This document shows positions 51,931-64,000 of a DNA stretch of 64,000 bases, in pieces. The position numbers and the translations under genes were made by a program. Source of the stretch: the human T2T-CHM13v2.0 reference genome, Homo sapiens; assembly GCF_009914755.1 (NCBI RefSeq), contig NC_060925.1; one strand, written 5' to 3'. Each line of letters opens with the position of its first letter. Within the stretch, counting starts at the first letter, position 1. The notes beneath the pieces were generated by a model. It had not been told where the DNA came from and searched no databases. It worked only from the letters and a program-made list of their open reading frames with translations.

Positions 51931-52289
51931 GTCAAACGAAAAGCATGACAGTGACACTCTTGTCGGTCTTTAATCTAAAAGAAGCCATTACATCGAAGAC
52001 TTCACATTGTAAATGGATATTTGCCCCCAAGTTAATCATAATAATTAACTTTTCTAGTGTTTCCTATGCAAGGCGTTCACGTAGGAAATATGCTAAATGT
52101 CTTATATGAATTTTTAAACAGTCCTGAAAATCTTGTGAGATAAATATTAATGTTATCCCTCGTTTACAGATGAGGAACTGAGGTTTAGAGTTAAACTTGT
52201 GAAAGATCAGACAATTAGCAGTGGCATAACTAGAACTTGAAGGTTCTTGCCGCCGTACAATGTAACTCCGTTTCAGTAAAAGTTCCCTT

Positions 52290-55630
<3,341 letters not shown>

Positions 55631-57149
55631 TAGTAATCCTTTTTAATATATAAAGAAAAGAACTCAGGGATTAGAAAATATTATAGACTCTCTTTTTCTC
55701 TTTGAGTCATGCTGGTTTCATTCCAGGGAAGATTAGCAAGATTTAAAAACCATTGTCAGCCCCAAAGCCTAGTGAGTATCCTATTTTTACATAAAGGAAG
55801 CTTGGGTCTTACATAAAGTTTCATTTAGGAAGAACAATTTTTTTTAAGGCCTAGTTTGACCTTCAATTGGTTGTCTTCTTCCCATTGTGCTTTGCCAACA
55901 TAGCCCAAGGTCATTCTGACATCCTGTTGAAAATGCTGGGGATTCCTCCAAGTAGACTTGTAGGTATTTTCCTAAAATGGATAATGAAAAGCTTCAAGTC
56001 ACTTACTTTTCAACAAATTTACAGAGAGGTATTAGATGATCTCAATAAGAATGTTGAGTATGTACAAATCACTCAGCTGTCTGTACTAACCCCAAAATAG
56101 TTCATAATCTCATTTCTTTTCGGTGGTACATGTCAATACTAGCAGTGTCTAGGCTGCCTAGAATTGCCTAGAATGACACATGTTTAGTTGTTTTTATAAT
56201 CAATTTTTAGTTTGTGTATTCACATAAATCAATTTTCTAATTTAAAAAACAGCATAAAAAAGATTGTGTCAAGTAATTGCTTCTCATGTTCGTGGGTATA
56301 AAAGGGCAACTGTCAAGTAAGAAGCCACCTGGATTGCAAGAATTATACATCATCTCAGTCTTTCTAGAGGGGAGAGAGGGGAGTTTTTCTTCAGTGTTGT
56401 AGCTTCATGAATAATTCCACACCCATCCACATGTCTTTACCCGTTTACATAAGGCTTTTTTTTTTTTTTTTTTTTTTTTTTTGGTTTAGACCACAGGCTG
56501 TTCTCTGATTCACTCAGGGGAAAAAAACATCTACCATCAGAAAGAGTTCTGCTCTTTTTTTTTTTTTTTTCTTTTTCAGATACAACAGTCTGGGGTACAA
56601 CAGAGAGTTGAGTGTTCTATTTGGACTAACATTTTCTCAGTTTCCTCTAGCATACAAAGATGAATAAATGATGGCATTTTTCTGTCTTCTGTGATAAACA
56701 GTGTTTCTGCAAGCCATGGTGTAGGTTTATGTGGACTTTATGGGTTTCATTTAATTCACATGAAATTATGCCAAAGAATGAGCCCATTCACTGTGTCCTG
56801 TATTTCTCCCAGCTGTATTTCTTTAAATATTATTAATAAGTTTCTGTACTACAAGCATTCATTAAACCCAAACATCCACTCCAACTGACAGCAATTGGGC
56901 CTGAGCAATTTGATATTATATTCCTGAAAAAAGAAAATGAAAACAAACTCTCATTTTATCAGTTTTCTCCCTTATCCCAGAAATTTAACAAGGGCAATGC
57001 AAACTGCTATCCTATAATTTATTCCACTGTCTGGAAGTCTAAAGCAGGACTGTGCAAGATAGTGTGAACTACATGTGAATTTTAAACCTTCTAGTACCCA
57101 CTTTAAGAAAAGTAGAAAGAGAAGGGACAATTTATTTTATTTAATTAAT

Positions 57150-58400
57150 CTTTTTTTTTTTATTGAGATGTGGATCTCCCTATGTTGTCCAGGCTGGTCT
57201 CGAACTCCTGGGCTTAAGCAATCCTCCTGACTTGGCCTCCTAAAGTGCTGGGGTTACAGGAGTGTGACACTGCACCTGGCTGATTTTAATAATTTATTTA
57301 ACCCAATACATCAGAAATATTATCATTTCAATACATAATCAACATTAAAAAAATGTTCATGGCCGGGCACGGTGGCTCATGCCTGTAGTCCTAGCACTTT
57401 GGGAGGCCGAGGCGGGTGGATCACGAGGTCAGGAGTTCGAGACCAGCCTGGTCAACATGGTGAAACCTGTCTCTACTAAAAATACAAAAATTAGCCGGGG
57501 GTGATGGTGTGCATCTGTAATCCCAGCTACTCAGGAGGCTGAGGCACGAGATTGCTTGAACCCAGGAGGCGGAGGTTGCAGTGAGCCGAGATAGCACCAT
57601 TGCACTCCAGCCTGGGCAACAGAGCAAGACTGTCTCGGGAAAAAAAAAATTCAGATATTTTACATTCTTTCAGGCATTCAGTTAAATTTTTACACTTCAC
57701 AGCATTTACAAGACCAGCCACATTTTAAGTGCCTGATAGCCACAATATTGGATGGCACAGGTCTAAGGGGTCTCTCTCTCTCCCTTTCTCTCATTGCATA
57801 CAGGAAAGAGATAGCAGGGTCTTAGGATGTGGATTCAAAATGTATTAAATATCATAAGAGAATTGCATTCTAACTGGATGAAAAGGGCTGGAATCCCCAC
57901 ATCTCCTGATGTCTCTCTGGCCACAAACTCCATGGCCTTTCTGGTCTTTGATCTGGTCTTTTGTTGATCTCTGCTGGCAAAGGGCTGTGGTTTGAAGCAT
58001 TTCTGATTTCATGAAGTTGGAGCTTATCCTGAACTGATGGTTCTACAATAACCTGATTTTATATGTACCTGATGTACTGAAATTAATGCTAACTTCAAAA
58101 TTATTCCACTTCCTTTCTCTCAGCTTAAAACCCCCCACTATCTCCCTATAATTTGAAGTCTTACCTCAAAAGTATATGCCCGTGAAAAGTGCCAAGTCAG
58201 CAAAAGGGTGAGGCCAAAGACATAAAAAGAATTGTGTGGGCCAGGCACAGTAGCTCAAGCCTGTAATCCCCAAGACTTTGGGAGGCTGAGGCAGAAGGAT
58301 CGCTTGAGGCCAGGAAGTGGAAGCTGCAGTGACATATGATCACACCACTGCACTCTAGCCTGGGCAACAGAGCATGATCCCATCTGTAAATAAATTAATA
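57150..58400. mobile_element. Alu monomers and one full Alu (57361-57648 +)
   Basis: Alu consensus. Confidence 0.8.
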
Positions 58401-60249
58401 CATAGATAGATAAAATAATTGCGGGGACCCTTATTTGATACTCATGACCGCTGAACCACAGTTTAAGGAATGATTTTTTTTTTGTACTCAGCTCGAGAAG
58501 AGGTTAAAAAAATGCCTTTAAAAAATATTATATAGCATGTTCCTGAGTCCCAGACCAACCTTTCCTTTTTTCTCTTTTGTTCCCTTTTTAACACAATTCT
58601 CAGTTTCTGGGTAGCTACAAGCCCAGGATTGCACCCAGGATTCTAAATGAGATGTGAGAAACCATTTACAGAGAGGAACTATTACTTTGCTCTACAAGGA
58701 AATCCCCTGTTTGCAACTAGACTGTTGATGATATTATTATCTAGCCCTAGGGCTCTTTCCTCATTATTTTCCGCAATTCTACCTATTAGGGCTCCATTTA
58801 AATGTCTCATGGATACTACTTTGATGCATGACCTTCCAGCTTTGTGAGAGTGAATTTCATTAGCCTCATTTCTGCCCATTTCCCTAAACTGTTTAAATCT
58901 TTAGTAATCTGGTCCATTCCTAGAATGTAGCAACTGATACTCCTTCATCACAGATTCATCTGTAAACTTAGCTTCCTACCTCAGGACACAGTAAACTCCA
59001 TGCTCCCTTTGTTTTAAAGGTACATAGTGTGGAGTAATTAGAATGGCACACTGAGGACAGAGGTCCTGCTTTTCTGGGGTGGTAGGTGTGCACCTGAATG
59101 CAGGCTGCCTGATCCTGGCTCCTCTGAGCTAAGCTCCCTCGCTGTCTCTACTCAGTGCCTTGGAGTTGTAAAGAGGGGACTCTTTCATATTCTGTCTATG
59201 TCATATTCATAGACAGAGTTTTCTCCTAATTCAGGTCTTCCTGCCCTGCTATAACCCTTAGCTCTGGCTAAAGTTTCATTTCTGCTTCTACTTCTAGGGA
59301 GGGGTGACGTTTTCATTGAGAAGTGCAATACGCAGCGGATGTGGGGATTCCCTTTCTCCCCACCATCCCGCCCACCCCCTCCATGTGGCCGTCTTTCTCC
59401 CCACTCCCGACTGTGCTCACAACAAAGATAAGACTGCTGGGTTTTATAACTCACATGTCTCTCAGTACTGATTTTGACTTATCGAGGTTGCTACTTTGGC
59501 CCAATGCTGTAGGTTGATGCCTCTGTCCCGTTCAGTGATGCGAGCTGAGCTTTTAAACATCTGTGGTCTCACCTCACCTGTTTTTGTGTTTAACCACAAT
59601 GGCTGAGTCTCTTCAGTGACAGAATGGTAAATCAGGATTTGAATCCAGGCCTTTGTACCCTAGGTTTGCATTCAAGGTAAAAGCTAGGCTTTGAGGAACA
59701 TCAGCAGACAGTTGTGCATGGTTATGAGAAATAGAGAGGGGTGGGGAAAGAGACACAGGCAGGGAGGTCAGAGAAGGTACTGGGACAAGTGTGAGGTAAT
59801 GAGCAACCTGACTGGCATCAGGGCAGAAACAAGGCAATTGCTGTGACAGACATTTTGAGGTTGAGGATCAATATAATTTGGCATAGTGATTTTATGGTGG
59901 GGGTGGGGAAGAGGAAGGTGACTGGCTGGCACTTTCAGGTCACAGAACAAGTGTCAGGAGACCCAGTCAAATCAGTTAAACTTCTTTGATTCTATTTCTT
60001 CATGTGGGAACTGATGGGGTTGAACAAAATAATGTCAGGTACATTCTAGAACCAGGGTTCCTTGGCTTTCATCATTGTCTGTACTCATTCTCCTCAAGTA
60101 GACAGCGTTAGGCAATGTTCATCACTTAGGATTTGATCTCAGGACTTTGGTCAGGCTTTGGATGGCACAGTGTCACCCAAGAGATATGGTCTGTGGGCTG
60201 CCATGAAAACACTCACACCAGAAATATCTCTTGCCTCTTTCACGTAGAT

Positions 60250-60470
60250 GTTAAGGGTGAGGCTCCAGGGCACATTGCCTGGGCTTGAATTCCAGCTTCA
60301 CCGCTTATTAGCTGCATGGCTTTTGGCAACTGAATTAACTTCTCTGTGCCTCAGTTTCCTCATCTGTAAAACTGACCTAATAATAGTGCCTATCTCACTG
60401 CATTGTTATGAGGATTCAATGAGATAGTACATTTGCCTGACACATAGTATTATACATTTAGCCATTATCA
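60250..60470 (+). mobile_element. MIR
   Basis: TTAACTTCTCTGTGCCTCAGTTTCCTCATCTGTAAAA core. Confidence 0.8.
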
Positions 60471-61575
60471 TTTCATATTTCTTGGTTCCTGAAATCCCAC
60501 CATTTATGATTTATCCAAATAGGACATTTAATTGTTCCTTCAAGAAAAAAAACAAAAACAAGAAAAAAAATAAAGGAAGCCATTTTGCCAAAGTCGCAGT
60601 ATGAATGAACTCATCAGAGACATTCTGATGGGAGTGAGAGCAAACTTTAGTCATGAGGAATCGGAGGACATGGTATGGGGCACTGGGGCTGATGAGGAAA
60701 GCAGGCCTGGAGGAGGGGCCTGGGTTTGGGCAGTCAGACCACAGCAGGAGAGCGCCAGCCTCCAGGTGGAGGAGAGGATGGCACTGCACGAAGGGAGATG
60801 GGCACGGAACAAGGAGGGGAAGGTGCCAAGGTTATTTTGGCTCTCCATCCACTGCCAAGGTGTGAAGAGCTATGAGGCAAAATGGTCACAGTCCTTGGAA
60901 AGCCAGGGTCCCTGCTGCCCCATCTTTCTCTTTTTTTACCCGCCCCGTAGGACTGGACAGCAAGGAATGCAAACAGACCTGTTCTCTCACTGCCTCTGAA
61001 AAGAGTGAAAAAGATCTGCAGTGGCAGCTGAGGGAAAACTGAAGAAAGGGCCCCTTGGGGTCAGCATCTCCCGTAGCTTGCGCACTTTGCCTTCCACTAT
61101 CACCCTCCACCAAAAATAAACGGGAGCAGCTTGAAGAGCAACCCAATATGCTTCAACCTACTTCTGGGCTTCCCAGTGAAACTTTAAGTCTTTTGAGGGC
61201 AGAAACCATATGTCACAGACTTTGTCTACCACAGCATCTGGGTCATTTGCTGAGCCGGTTCTGACCCGAGGCCTGTCTGGATGAACAAAAGCATGAGTAA
61301 CTCTCAAGACAAGTAGGTACAGTTTGTCACAAGAATTACAGAATAGAATAAACCCTCTGTTTCTTGTTGCTAGAAACTTGAAAACAGCCCTTCCAGGTTT
61401 ATTTGGTTTTTAATAATGCCCACGAAGAAACATTTTAACTCCTCAGATATAGCTACTGGTGTCTGAATTCTAATAGCTTGTTCCAATTGCAACGAGTCTC
61501 TATTCTTATAATGTTTAACATTGAACATGTAGAATCAAATGTTTCATCTTCTCTTTGGTGTTATTTTCCTTTTAA

Positions 61576-63390
<1,815 letters not shown>

Positions 63391-64000
63391 TCAGTTTTAA
63401 GGATGCTTTTTATATATTGCCAAGTATTACAGAATTTCGCTTTCTTTTTAATGACTATAAATCTAAAAATTTAAAAATGAAACACTATGTTATTTATAGT
63501 GTTTTATTATGTTACTTTATATAAATTTTAATAATATATAAATGTTCTAAATAGGTTTTATTTTTATTGTGTTATATACTATATAAATAGTTCTCTAAGC
63601 AGTTACTGAGAGCCTAGCACAGATATGTTCTAGGGATTCTGAGGACTAACAAAGTAGGCAGAATAATGTCATGGAAGATGTCCAAAGGCTTGGGCTCTGG
63701 TCCTAGCCCGCCAATGGGTCTGTGGGCTGCCAATGGCTCATGCACATTCATACTTTCCCTCTCTAGGGAAAAGTGGCCAGGTGATCTGTCTGGCCCCAGA
63801 TGTTTTGTTTTTGGACAGAGGATACAGTGCCTGCTTTCAGAAGAAATGGGAATACCCAAAATACAGAGGAAGGAATGTATATGTTGTCCTATCTCTACCA
63901 AAACTCAGCACAGGGAAGTGGTTCTGTATACAGGTGCAAAGGCCAGACTGCCTAAGTCTGAATCCTGGCTCTGCCACTTACCTTGGGCACCTTAGGTAAC

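Noticed and set aside
56200-56900. Non-repetitive upstream stretch with FOX-like and NFI-like motifs; similar case at about 59200-59560
   Set aside because: Short motifs occur by chance, and an enhancer cannot be supported without chromatin or conservation data.
60601-60999. 132-aa ATG-initiated ORF upstream of KIF14
   Set aside because: No recognisable domain, promoter, splice or poly(A) context; compatible with chance in a purine/GC-richer patch.

Overview
Human-like (primate), AT-rich and very Alu-dense genomic DNA. It holds the 5' three-quarters of the kinesin-3 gene KIF14 on the minus strand. A CpG-island promoter with CHR, CCAAT, GC-box and ETS motifs lies near 51.7 kb, followed by non-coding exon 1 and coding exons 2-23. 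I rebuilt those exons by hand from splice sites, and they join into one continuous frame of 3661 nt (N-terminal extension, motor domain, FHA domain, coiled coils). The gene continues past the left edge. The 52-64 kb stretch is repeat-rich upstream sequence with no supportable gene. I found no new gene system. The most unusual structure is around motor-domain exon 8: its switch-I-coding 3' half plus splice donor is tandemly triplicated (62-bp period), and its branch-point region is tandemly duplicated (66 bp). Also notable are a candidate in-frame 42-nt cryptic exon next to a (UG)n tract, a GC-AG intron, a uORF cluster, and a tiny polyadenylated LTR12-like retrocopy with a 15-bp target-site duplication. 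Repeat family names and boundaries come from recognition by eye and are approximate.
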